A stretch of DNA of 64,000 nt from Haliotis rufescens (taxonomy: Eukaryota), in contig NW_025964024.1 in the NCBI RefSeq assembly GCF_023055435.1, forward strand, positions 4,402,001 through 4,466,000. The letters run 5' to 3'. Below the pieces are notes generated by a model that was not told the origin of the DNA, searched no databases, and worked only from the letters and a program-made list of their open reading frames with translations. Positions 1 to 12,009 of the stretch are shown here, piece by piece. The position numbers were made by a program, and so were the translations under genes. The stretch's first letter is position 1; every line of letters starts with the position of its first letter.

Positions 1-418
1 TTGGAACAATTCAACTGATGATTTAATAGTCGTCACTGTATTATGTGAAATTGAATAGAAGTCTGTCAGGCTTTATGTAACATTCTTTTTACAGTGCCTA
101 TAGTTCATTAAATTTCTCTGTTGATTTACCTGAGTAATTAACTGGAATTACATCTGTCATGTCTGTTACAGCAGCAGTGTTACGCTTGACATGCACACTC
201 TAGACATGTTCATGGTGTAGTGTTTGGTGAGAAGTGTTTTTTGTTGTTTGGCGGACAATGGCAGTGAGAATATGATGCATCATTCTCTAGATATGTACAA
301 AACAGTATTTGGATAAGTCCATATCAATTTCTACATAAGTACCATGTCAGTTTTTACATAGGTTTCCGACATGTGTGAAGCCCATCCCTGCCGTGATATT
401 GCTGGAAAATTGCTAAAA

Positions 419-553
419 NNNNNNNNNNNNNNNNNNNNNNNNNNNNNNNNNNNNNNNNNNNNNNNNNNNNNNNNNNNNNNNNNNNNNNNNNNNNNNNNNN
501 NNNNNNNNNNNNNNNNNNNNNNNNNNNNNNNNNNNNNNNNNNNNNNNNNNNNN
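419..553. other. Assembly gap (135 N)
   Basis: Run of N that interrupts a family B SINE fragment starting at about 360. Confidence 1.
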
Positions 554-574
554 GTCAATTCTACCTAGGTACCA

Positions 575-836
575 GATCCGTGAAGATCCGGGTTAGAATT
601 GGTCTTCAGTAACCCGTGCTTGGCGTAAGAGGCGACTATGCTTGTCATAAGAGGCGACTAACGGGATCGGGTGGTCAGGCTCACTGGCTTGGTTGATGCA
701 TGTCATATCCCAATTGTGTATATCGATGCTCATGATGTCAGTCACTGGATTGTCTGGACCAGACTCAATTATTTACAGACCGCCGTCATATAGCTGAAGT
801 ATTGCTGAGTGCGGCGATAAACAACAAACAAACAAA
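575..836 (+). mobile_element. SINE-like family A (non-tRNA structured head, (caaa)n tail), full length
   Basis: ga(t/c)ccgtgaagatcc...gtcgtaagaggcgactaacgggatcgggtggtcagg...tattgctgagtgcggcg..aaacaacaaac. About 10 copies in the window. Confidence 0.85.
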
Positions 837-893
837 TCTACATACATACCATGTCAGTTTCTGCATATGTACCATGTCAATTTCTGTTTGTAG

Positions 894-1022
<129 letters not shown>

Positions 1023-1374
1023 TAGGAAAGTCCTCATATCTTCACCATGCGTTCTGTGCCTCGATATCACTAGCATACATTCACATTAGTAATGGTCAAT
1101 AAATTCTGCTAGTTTTCTATCACATTGAACATTGCATGACTATTGGTATTTTAGTGGTTTAATAAGCAGAACATTTTGAGAGGGAAATAAAAAATATATT
1201 TTCCACTTTCATAACCGTCATGGCTTTTTAATGCAAAACACACTTAGAAGTAAGTGATCAATGTCACAGTACATCACACATGTTGTTCATCAACTGCAGG
1301 GATAGAACTATGATATTTCACTGACGGTTTTGGCTGTAAGTGGGCGATAAGTATACACATTGTATTTTATAAAA

Positions 1375-3755
1375 TATGTACATTATAGGGCACTAGATAT
1401 ATACATTATAGACAAGTAGATATATACATTGTAGGCACTAGATATACACATTATAGACCACTAGATATACACATTATAGACCACTAGATATATACATTGT
1501 AGGCCACTAGATATGCACATTGTAGGCACTAGATATACACATTGTAGGCACTAGATATACACATTGTAGGCACTAGATATACACATTGTAGGCACTATAT
1601 ATACACATTGTAGGCACAAGATATACACATTGTAGGCACTAGATATATACATTGTAGGCACTAGATATACACATTGTAGCACTAGATATGCACATTGTAG
1701 GCACTAGATATATACATTGTAGGCACTAGATATACACATTGTAGGCACTAGATATACACATTGTAGGCACTAGATATACACATTGTAGGCACTAGATATA
1801 CACATTGTAGCACTAGATACACATTGTAGGCACTAGATATACACATTGTAGCACTAGATATGCACATTGTAGGCACTAGGTACACACATTGTAGACACTA
1901 GATATACACATTGTAGGCACTAGATACACATTGTAGGCACTAGATATACACATTGTAGCACTAGATATACACATTGTAGGCACTAGATACACACATTATA
2001 GACCACTAGATATACACATTGTAGGCACTAGGTACACACATTGTAGACACTAGATATACACATTGTAGGCACTAGGTATACACATTGTAGGCACTAGATA
2101 CACATTGTAGGCACTAGGTATACACATTGTAGACACTAGATATACACATTGTAGGCACTAGATACACACATTATAGACCACTAGATATACACATTGTAGG
2201 CACTAGGTACACACATTGTAGACACTAGATATACACATTGTAGGCACTAGGTATACACATTGTAGGCACTAGATACACATTGTAGGCACTAGGTACACAC
2301 ATTGTAGACACTAGATATACACATTGTAGGCACTAGATACACATTGTAGACACTAGATATACACATTGTAGGCACTAGATACACATTGTAGGCACTAGAT
2401 ATACACATTGTAGGCACTAGATACACATTGTAGGCACTAGGTATACACATTGTAGGCACTAGATACACATTGTAGGCACTAGATACACATTGTAGGCACT
2501 AGATATACACATTGTAGCACTAGATACACATTGTAGGCACTAGATATACACATTGTAGGCACTAGATACACATTGTTGGCACTAGATATACACATTGTAG
2601 ACACTAGATATACACATTGTAGGCACTAGATATACACATTGTAGGCACTATATGTACACATTGTAGGCACTAGATATACACATTGTAGGCACTACATATA
2701 CACATTGTAGGCACTAGATACACACATTGTAGGCACTAGATATACACATTGTAGGCTACTAGATGTTCACAGTATATACCACTAGATATACACATAGACC
2801 ACTAGATATATACATTGTAGGCCACTAGATATGCACATTGTAGGCACTAGATACACACATTGTAGGCACTAGATACACATTGTTGGCACTAGATATACAC
2901 ATTGTAGACACTAGATATACACATTGTAGGCACTAGATATACACATTGTAGGCACTATATGTACACATTGTAGGCACTAGATATACACATTGTAGGCACT
3001 ACATATACACATTGTAGGCACTAGATACACACATTGTAGGCACTAGATATACACATTGTAGGCTACTAGATGTTCACAGTATATACCACTAGATATACAC
3101 ATAGACCACTAGATATATACATTGTAGGCCACTAGATATGCACATTGTAGGCACTAGATACACACATTGTAGGCACTAGATACACATTGTTGGCACTAGA
3201 TATACACATTGTAGACACTAGATATACACATTGTAGGCACTAGATATACACATTGTAGGCACTATATGTACACATTGTAGGCACTAGATATACACATTGT
3301 AGGCACTACATATACACATTGTAGGCACTAGATACACACATTGTAGGCACTAGATATACACATTGTAGGCTACTAGATATTCACAGTATATACCACTAGA
3401 TATACACATAGACCACTAGATATATACATTGTAGGCCACTAGATATGCACATTGTAGGCACTAGATACACACATTGTAGGCACTATATATACACATTGTA
3501 GGCACTAGATAAACACATTGTATACCACTAGATACACACATTATAGACCGCTAGATATACACGTTATAGACCACAAGATATACACATTGTAGGCCACTAG
3601 ATATATACATTGTAGGCTCTAGGTACACACATTGTAGGCAATAGATATACACATTGTAGGCACTAGATATGCACAATGTAGGCACAAGAAATAGACATTG
3701 TAGGCACTAGATATACACATTGTAGACACAAGATATACACATTGTAGGCCACTAG
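1375..3755. repeat. 22-bp minisatellite (cactagatatacacattgtagg)n with a 307-bp higher-order repeat
   Basis: About 105 units. The variant agat(g/a)ttcacagtata recurs at 2761, 3068 and 3375. Confidence 0.97.
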
Positions 3756-4796
3756 TTATCTGGAAAACAAACCATTGTTAAGGAGTAATGTCCTTTGTAT
3801 ATATGTAGACCTTTATGACAAGAATTGCCAAAAATGCAAGATTTCCAGACAAACAGGTTTTCCTCATGTTGAAATTCCACTTAACAGGATTGTACTCTTT
3901 GTATTTTAATCCATCTCTTCTGGACTGAAGGCCCAGCAGAACTTGTATAGTGTGCATTGCCTGTCGTTATCTCAGTGTTATGCAGCCCCATGTAAAGGGG
4001 GATGTTAACAGGTTTTGTCAGAATTTGGCCCCTGATGCTGCACTGGATCTCTGTTGTGAAAACTTGAAGTGCATGTAATCAACTTGAGTAATCAATCATT
4101 CCAGAAGTGTTGTGTTTAAATGAATTTGTTTTCAAAACATTTATCTGTCAGGTCAGGTCAAGGTCAAGTAGGTCAGTGAAACTTGTTTGTGTCATCCTTG
4201 GGACATAGCTGCTATCTGAAAAGGTAGTGAGTGACCTTAATGGTCAAGGTCACACTGAAGGTCTTTTATAAATATTTGGGTTTTTTTCACTAAAATACCT
4301 TTTCCAGAATGTAGTAGTTATATTATTGAAATACTTATGATGGCAAGTGATGACAGTCTTACGATGTCAGTACCAGGTCACCGTGACCTACTTTCTATGA
4401 TTAGAATGTGCTTGAGGTTTAGGAAGTACCGATACTTGCAAACAGTTTTCTAGCTGTCTTCACAATGTTTTGCTCACATAAATCTGGCTCATAACAGGCC
4501 ACCATGACAATCACCTAACCCATTCATGTACCGGTACTCTTCACAATATTTTACTCACATCAGTCTGGGTCAGACCGTGCCACACTGTCCATGAACTGTC
4601 CCTTCGTCAATTATCAAAAGGTCTTAAACTTTGCAAGGATAATTCAAGCAAATGTGTCTTTAAAAACGATTTTAATTGTGGTCATACTGTAGGTTTCATT
4701 TTGTTATATATGCAGTTTTTGTATTCTTTTCAAGTTTGATACATGGGAAGTATTTGATAAATGGATGAGTTGTAGATTCTGATGCATGATCGTTAT

Positions 4797-4961
4797 CCAT
4801 TCGTGCCGTAAAAGGCGACTATGCTTGTCGCAAGAGGCGAATAATGGAATCGGGTGTCAGGTTTGCTGTCTTGGTTGATGCATGTCATCGTATCCCACTT
4901 GCGTGGATCGATGCTCATTATGTTAATCACTGGATTGTCCGGTCCAGACTTGATTATTTAC
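4797..4961 (+). mobile_element. Family A fragment
   Basis: Internal match to the family A consensus. Confidence 0.75.
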
Positions 4962-5397
4962 AAACTTTCTGAATAAGAAATACCTTCATTCAAAGTCTAG
5001 TTTGGTTTCCATTGTAGCCACTTTCAAAATACATGAGTAACTGTTTTTGCACAGAATGTTAAAGTTTGGTACAGGGTAGTATGCCATTGCTTTGATGTTA
5101 TTAAGTTTTACTTACCAATACCTTTGTCATCCCTATCATAGAAATTTATTTGAAGCCAGGTGAGCTACAGAGCCAGGGTTATGTTTTCAAAAGGCAACAA
5201 GTTTTTTACTTGTTCTTCGGATTCCCCACCTCAGTCTTTAGATGTAAGAATTTGTATTTGGCATAAACTAAACAGTGTTGTACTGTACTGTAACCAAACA
5301 TTTTGAATATATAACATCAACTACAGAGAATAACCAGTCTTTATTATCTGTCGAAACAGATTCCATTGGGCGTAAAAGGCAAAATAGAGGTGAAAAT

Positions 5398-5640
5398 TCC
5401 ATGCTTGCCCATGCTTGCTGTAACAGGCGACTATGCTTGTCGTAAGAGGCGACTAACGGGATCGGGTGGTCAGACTCGCTGACTTGGTTGATGCATGTCA
5501 TCGTATCCCAATTGATTGATGCTCATGATGTCAAACACTGGATTGTCTGGTCCAGACTTGATTACTTACAGACCGCCGTCATATAGTTGGAATATTGCTG
5601 AGTGCGGCTAAAACAACAAACAAACAAACAAAACAAAACA
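5398..5640 (+). mobile_element. Family A, 5'-truncated
   Basis: Matches the consensus from ccatgcttg through the (caaa)n tail. Confidence 0.8.
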
Positions 5641-5876
5641 TTCTTTCCTTGAAATGTTGAAGCAAAAGCTCAACCGTTTGAAAATTCAGTTAACAGTTCA
5701 TTAGTATTCTTCCATTTGCGATGATAAACTTTTGAAATTAATTAAAATTAAAACATGTTATTGGGTTCAGAGATAAGAAAGAAAATAAGTTGCGTTCTAT
5801 CTCTACTGACAAAGCCCGAAGAACAAGTAATCAATTTGTCAATAATGATGTGTTTAAATGAAATTATTTGTTTCAG

Positions 5877-5966
5877 GAAATTAGCTGGCTGTTACTATTA
5901 CTACAATGCATTTATATGTGGAATACCTGCGTGCGCAGTGTCGTTACTGATAGAAAGAAAAGACAG
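5877..5966 (+). CDS. TMEM135: TMEM135 exon 3a, 90 nt, phase 2 to 2 (first of two paralogous exons)
   Basis: atttgtttcag acceptor and CAG|gtatca donor. Translates (R)KLAGCYYYYNAFICGIPACAVSLLIERKD(R), compared with recalled TMEM135 [31 protein letters not shown]. In frame with both flanking exons. Confidence 0.88.
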
Positions 5967-6023
5967 GTATCATACAATCATCTCATTCCATCGTACACCT
6001 GTAGCCAGGTCTAGTCTGTGTCA

Positions 6024-6400
6024 GCATCTGCCGCACAACGCACAGGGGGCACTCGTCGGGGGGGACACTGTACTTACCATGTCTGTGTTCACCTATATGA
6101 TTCTGATGGAAAGTAGTTATCGGAAGTGCAATGCGATCATGCTGCACTTTGAATAATTTATGTGCTAAAACATATGGCGACAATGATGATACATATATCT
6201 GGTTTCCGACATTGGATATAAGATGTTATACACAATGCACATGGGGTGTAAGAAGGTAATTATTTAATTAATAGAAAGCCTTAATTCATTTATTTTGGTG
6301 GAGACAAGTAAATAAAAAAAAACCAATTTCGTGTGACACATTAGTGTAGTGGGTGCTGCTCCTGTTGAAGTGCCCCCTGTCTGGGTTCTGTGCCGGATGT
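6024..6400 (+). promoter_or_regulatory. Putative intronic long-range RNA stem 1 between exons 3a and 3b
   Basis: Perfect 12-bp complement acagggggcact (6042-6053) / agtgccccctgt (6369-6380). Flanked in register by gcatctg/cggatgt, gcac/gtgc and cactgtact/agtgtagtg (G-U pairs allowed). Confidence 0.6.
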
Positions 6401-6417
6401 GTGTGTGTTGTGGCTTC

Positions 6418-6563
6418 TGACAACCAACCAACTTGCTGTTGTAACAGAGAGATTCAAAAGTTCATTATTTTCTTGCTACATCCCCACCACCAGCCTCTGA
6501 ACCCAATAATCACACTTTCTGGAGGTGACAGAGGTTGGGGTTTGTGCAGTTGGTTTGTTGTCA
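6418..6563 (+). promoter_or_regulatory. Putative intronic RNA stem 2 upstream of exon 3b
   Basis: tgacaaccaaccaact (6418-6433) / agttggtttgttgtca (6548-6563), 15 of 16 bp paired. Nested helix ccagcctctg (6490-6499) / cagaggttgg (6529-6538). Confidence 0.6.
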
Positions 6564-6644
6564 CTTCTATTCAGGAATGTCGCTTCACACGTTTTGATCT
6601 CTTTTTGTAATAGAAAACTTATTTTGTTTCTTTTGACTCTCCAG

Positions 6645-6734
6645 GAAAATCTCGGGCCGTTTTTATTTCAACTCCCCTTTTCTCTCGGCGTATTGTGGCG
6701 CCTTTGTAGCTATTCTACTGGAACGGAAATCCAG
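6645..6734 (+). CDS. TMEM135: TMEM135 exon 3b, 90 nt, phase 2 to 2 (second paralogous exon)
   Basis: ttttgtttcttttgactctccag acceptor and CAG|gtatag donor. Translates (R)KISGRFYFNSPFLSAYCGAFVAILLERKS(R). Same length and phase as 3a. Confidence 0.88.
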
Positions 6735-7224
6735 GTATAGTGAATGTTGAAATGTATAGAACACAGAAAACTGTCAATAATGTTACGCAAAGTACAAGTG
6801 TAACAAGATCAGTTAAGAAAATTAAAATCATACTCCAATTGTTGCAATTTATTATCAGCTTATGTAATGCTTACTTTTAGAATAGATTTAGTAATGTGCT
6901 TTTTTGAGAAGAGTGTGAGATATCAAAATTGCCATCAGCTACTGGAATTTAACATTTTATGACTTCTTGGCTTATTTTGTGCAAAATATTATAACAAGAA
7001 ACTACTAATCATGCTAATCTATTTGAGAGTTACACTGATCACAATTTATGTTGTTTTTTAAAATCCAACAAATGGTGTCAGGATTGTTCTATAAAGATGA
7101 CCAGGATTTTGTTGGCTTGTAAGGTTCATTGATCCAACAAAATGAGATGATAAGCAATACACCACAGCATGAAGCATTTTTTTCTTCACATTAATCATAA
7201 TGAAGTGGTAAATGAAATACCCAA

Positions 7225-7800
7225 CCCACCCGTCCACACCCCCATCAGCACCCCATCACCCAATCCCAAACCCCCGCCAGCACTCCCATCAGCACCCCTA
7301 CCCCCCATCCCCATCAGCATCCCTATCCCCCATCCCTATCCCCCATCCCCATCCCCATCCCTATCCCCCATCCCCATCCCCATCCCTATCCCCATCCCCA
7401 TCAGCATCCCTATCCCCCATCCCCATCCCCATCCCTATCCCCCATCCCCATCCCCATCCCTATCCCCCATCCCCATCCCCACCCCTACCCCCCATCCCCA
7501 TCCCCATCCCTATCCCCATCCCCATCAGCATCCCTATCCCCCATCCCCATCCCCCACCCCTACCCCCCATCCCCATCCCCATCCCTATCCCCATCCCCAT
7601 CCCCCATCCCCATCCCCCATCCCTATCCCCCATCCCCATCTCCATCAGCACCCCCCATCCCTATCCCCATCCCCATCCCCATCCCCACCCCCCATCCCTA
7701 TCCCCATCCGCATCCCCATCAGCAACCACAGCACCCCATTCCCCCAACCCCACTAGCACTCCCATCCCCCAACCCATCACCAGCACCCCAATCACCACCC
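7225..7800. repeat. (ccccat)n C-rich microsatellite
   Basis: Direct inspection. Confidence 0.95.
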
Positions 7801-7801
7801 C

Positions 7802-8034
7802 TTAGCTCACCTGACTAAAAGTCAAGTGAAAGTCTTGTTGTGTTGTCCGTTTGCATTAGCTTCTGCATTTACGACATCTCTGAGACTCCTATAATCTGCT
7901 CACATATTGAACATATCGGTTTTGGCCATTATTAAACCATTTCTTATGTGGTATATTTCAAAATATGGTTCAAGTGTCCAAATATTATTTCTTCATAAGT
8001 CAGGTGAGCTACAGTGACTTGTGACTCTTGTTTT
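7802..8034 (+). mobile_element. Probable non-autonomous Helentron-type (HINE-like) element
   Basis: Begins ttagctcacctgac and has subterminal inverted gtcaggtgagcta followed by ctcttgtttt, the layout of mollusc HINE elements. Related ends occur at ~5156 and ~53475. Confidence 0.55.
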
Positions 8035-8138
8035 ATAATTGTTATCCTATCATGTAGTTTAATGACCAAGCAGGCCCATTACCACATAGAACTTCTTCTA
8101 ACACACTTTGCCCTTTTTAAGGTTTTGTAATCTTATTA

Positions 8139-8481
8139 CCATATTCGACGTAATAAGCGCCCAGGGCGCTCTCAAAATTAGAAATAGGGGGCTCTTATTA
8201 GAATATTATTTTGGTGAAAAAAAACAGCGTGAAAGTTAAATTTTGTGCTTTATGCTGACAGTCTGAAATGTTTATATACGAGAGATACATTTTTCCAGAA
8301 TTTAATTGCCCATAATTAAGGGTGCATATAACAAACGAGTGCGTATTATACACGAATAAATAAGTGCTGTGTACATTGATCAATCGGAAGGGTGCGAATT
8401 GGGATTGTTCACAAGCCAATATATTAGCAAATATCGCCATGGGCACTTATTAGACCGGGGCACTTATTACATCGAATACGG
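8139..8481. mobile_element. Tc1/pogo-type MITE
   Basis: 24-bp TIRs cc(a/g)tattcga(c/t)gtaataag(c/t)gccc, flanked by TA on both sides. Confidence 0.85.
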
Positions 8482-9229
8482 TAACACTTTTCCTCCTGTT
8501 CACTTAACATTTGTAATCCTGGTCACAGCACAGTCAAGAGCACAGATCTTTGTTGAATAAATGGCTGTCCCTGGCAGATATAGGCTTTATTCAATGGGAC
8601 CAGTTATCATGTATTTCACTCTTTTTACTTAATCCTTCATTAATTACTTTTTTTCTTTATGACAATTTAAGCATGTATTTTCAAGATCTACATTTGATTA
8701 AAATGGCGCAGGATAATGGTTTGGTTTTATAACATGATTCGTTATATGTCTGTGTGTTTTGTTTCAATCTTGTCATATATACTGCTCAACTTTTGATAGG
8801 GATAATCAGATTTGTCAGATAGTTATGAATGGACACTGGATTTATAATCAGTTTTGTGTATCATGGAAAGATTAAAAATATCCCAGTCAAAAGTGGAGTA
8901 GTATCTGTTTTTGTCATAAGACAATTGATGGAATGTATCATTGATATTACATCATCTAGTGTTGGGGGTAGTGTTCCTTGTATACCTGCCACGGCATTCC
9001 AGCGCAAACCTCGGATTACTAGGAAAAGTGTTTCCGTGATTGCTTGGAGAGTGAGTGTGTGTTGATTGCAGAGATGTCAGAGGGTTTATGGAAGTAGGTG
9101 TAGCCAAGGTTAAATATACTGATTATTTGGGCATCAGACTTAGGTGCTCCCCCCCCTAACACATACCAACTACCCTGGTACCACACCCCATCTACCCCTA
9201 TAACATAACCTATTTATCGGGTGCTGCAC

Positions 9230-10900
9230 CCGATCCACCCTATGTTTCCTGATACCACACTCTATCCACCCCAGCTGAACACCCTGACCGTCCTGGCTCC
9301 ACATTCTATGTTTCCTGATACCACACTCTATCCACCCCAGCTGAACACCCTAACCATCCCGGCTCCACATTCTATGTTTCCTGATACCACACTCTATCCA
9401 CCCCAGCTGAACACCCTGACCGTCCTGGCTCCACATTCTATGTTTCCTGATACCACACTCTATCCACCCCAGCTGAACACCCCAACCATCCTGGCTCCAC
9501 ATTCTATGTTTCCTGATACCACACTCTCTCCACCCCAGCTGAACACCCTGACCGTCCTGGCTCCACATTCTATGTTTCCTGATACCACACTCTATCCACC
9601 CCAGCTGAACACCCTAACCATCCCGGCTCCACATTCTATGTTTCCTGATACCACACTCTATCCACCCCAGCTGAACACCCTGACCGTCCTGGCTCCACAT
9701 TCTATGTTTCCTGATACCACACTCTATCCACCCCAGCTGAACACCCTAACCATCCCGGCTCCACATTCTATGTTTCCTGATACCACACTCTCTCCACCCC
9801 AGCTGAACACCCTGACCGTCCTGGCTCCACATTCTATGTTTCCTGATACCACACTCTATCCACCCCAGCTGAACACCCTGACCGTCCTGGCTCCACATTC
9901 TATGTTTCCTGATACCACACTCTCTCCATCCCAGCTGAACACCCCAACCATCCCAGGTCCACACCCTATGTTTCCTGATACCACACTCTATCCACCCCAG
10001 CTGAACACCCTGACCATCCCGGCTCCACATCCTATGTTTCCTGATACCACACTCTCTCCATCCCAGCTGAACACCCCAACCATCCCAGGTCCACACCCTA
10101 TGTTTCCTGATACCACACTCTATCCACCCCAGCTGAACACCCTGACCATCCTGGCTCCACATTCTATGTTTCCTGATACCACACTCTATCCACCCCAGCT
10201 GAACACCCTGACCATCCTGGCTCCACATTCTATGTTTCCTGATACCACACTCTATCCACCCCAGCTGAACACCCTGACCATCCTGGCTCCACACCCTATG
10301 TTTCCAGATACCACACTCTATCCACCCCAGCTGAACACCCTGACCATCCCGGCTCCACACCCTATGTTTCCTGATACCACACTCTATCCACCCCAGCTGA
10401 ACACCCTAACCATCCCGGCTCCACATCCTATGTTTCCTGATACCGCACTCTATCCACACCAGCTGAACACCCCAACCATCCCGGCTCCACATCCTATGTT
10501 TCCTGATACCGCACTCTATCCACCCCAGCTGAACACCCCAACCATCCTGGCTCCACACCCTATGTTTCCAGATACCACACTCTATCCACCCCAGCTGAAC
10601 ACCCTGACCATCCTGGCTCCACACCCTATGTTTCCTGATACCACACTCTATCCACACCAGCTGAACACCCTAACCATCCCGGCTCCACACCCTATGTTTC
10701 CTGATACCACACTCTATCCACACCAGCTGAACACCCCAACCATCCCGGCTCCACACCCTATGTTTCCTGATACCACACTCTATCCACACCAGCTGAACAC
10801 CCCAACCATCCCGGCTCCACACCCTATGTTTCCTGATACCGCACTCTATCCACCCCAGCTGAACACCCTAACCATCCTGGCTCCACATTCTATCCACCTC
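9230..10900. repeat. 63-bp minisatellite, ~26 copies
   Basis: Unit tatgtttcctgataccacactctatccaccccagctgaacaccctgaccatcctggctccacatt/c. Confidence 0.97.
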
Positions 10901-11106
10901 TGTCCCACCCGGTACCACATCTATCTACCCAAGTGCCACACCCACAAGGTTACACTAATCCCCCATCATCATCAAAAGAAGCACATGTTGAACATGTTGC
11001 CATGCCTACCCATTTACCTGTCACACCCCAAGACCACACCCATTTAGCAGCTTATGATTCCCCAACATTTGCATTTGATAACCAAACATCCAGCTTTGGT
11101 TCTGTC

Positions 11107-11294
11107 TAGCCTTGCTCCAAGGCTGTACTGAAAGAAAAGTCCATGGATGTGTAGTAATCCTATCCTCCTAATAGGCAAGTCTAGATATGTGGACATTCCA
11201 GTCTCTTATAGGGACAACATGTTCTTATTATTTACATAATCTAGAAATTATGATTTAAACTAATAATTGTTGCCTTAGAGACTGTGAAAGTCTA
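11107..11294 (+). mobile_element. Family E: ~190-bp dispersed element with palindromic ends
   Basis: tagccttgctccaaggct through gagactgtgaaagtcta. Further copies at 23612-23805, 40620-40809 and 56560-56736. Confidence 0.75.
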
Positions 11295-11832
11295 GTTCTG
11301 TCTCTGTTAGCGGAGCATGGTTCTGTGCATGCGATCGGCCTGGAAGGCTGCACTGTCAGAGGGAGGGCGATACTGCTGAATCTGCCTATGATTTGCTGCC
11401 GATGTGCAGGGGGAACAGAGCGCGATAAACTTTCAGCACCGGCACTATTTTGGGAACATATCTTTATGCCTATGACCTGGAGCCATATTTGTAGTGACCA
11501 AATGATTTGTGGGGGCACTCAGTCAAATGCCATCTTGTATTCATAGACACTTGGTATTCTGATGGAGTCGGTTATGTGTCAGGCTCGCTGTTCTTTCAAA
11601 GATAGGAATTTACTTGTGTATAAAAAGGAAAATCAGGGACTATGTTTTGTGAGTGGGATGTAACTGTGCGTCGCATTACCTGCCTGTGAGAGATAACACT
11701 GACTGATGGGCCGGATGATGTTTCCATATTTAACATCCACCTCTTTTGGATGTGCCTCAGTTTCATATATAGTTTGATATACATGGTATGATTGTTCCTG
11801 ACTGGTGTTCGATCAGGCTGTTGCACATGGGG

Positions 11833-12009
11833 GAGTGAGTGAGTGAGTGAGTGAGTATGGTTTTACGCCGCTTTTAGCAATATTCCAGCAATATCACGGC
11901 GGGGGACACCAGAAATGGGCTTCACACATTGTACCCATGTCGGGAATCGAACCCAGGTATTCGGCGTGACGAGCGAACGCTTTAACCACTAGGCTACCCG
12001 ACCGCCCCC
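11833..12009 (-). mobile_element. tRNA-derived SINE family B (~170 bp, (actc)n tail) with TSD
   Basis: A box tagcctagtgg, B box ggttcgattcc, TSD tgcacatgg. Confidence 0.9.

Noticed and set aside
9221-11047. 608-aa mucin-like ORF with 21-aa repeats
   Set aside because: It is a 63-bp minisatellite with no signal peptide, unique domain or splice context. The open frame follows from a unit length divisible by 3.
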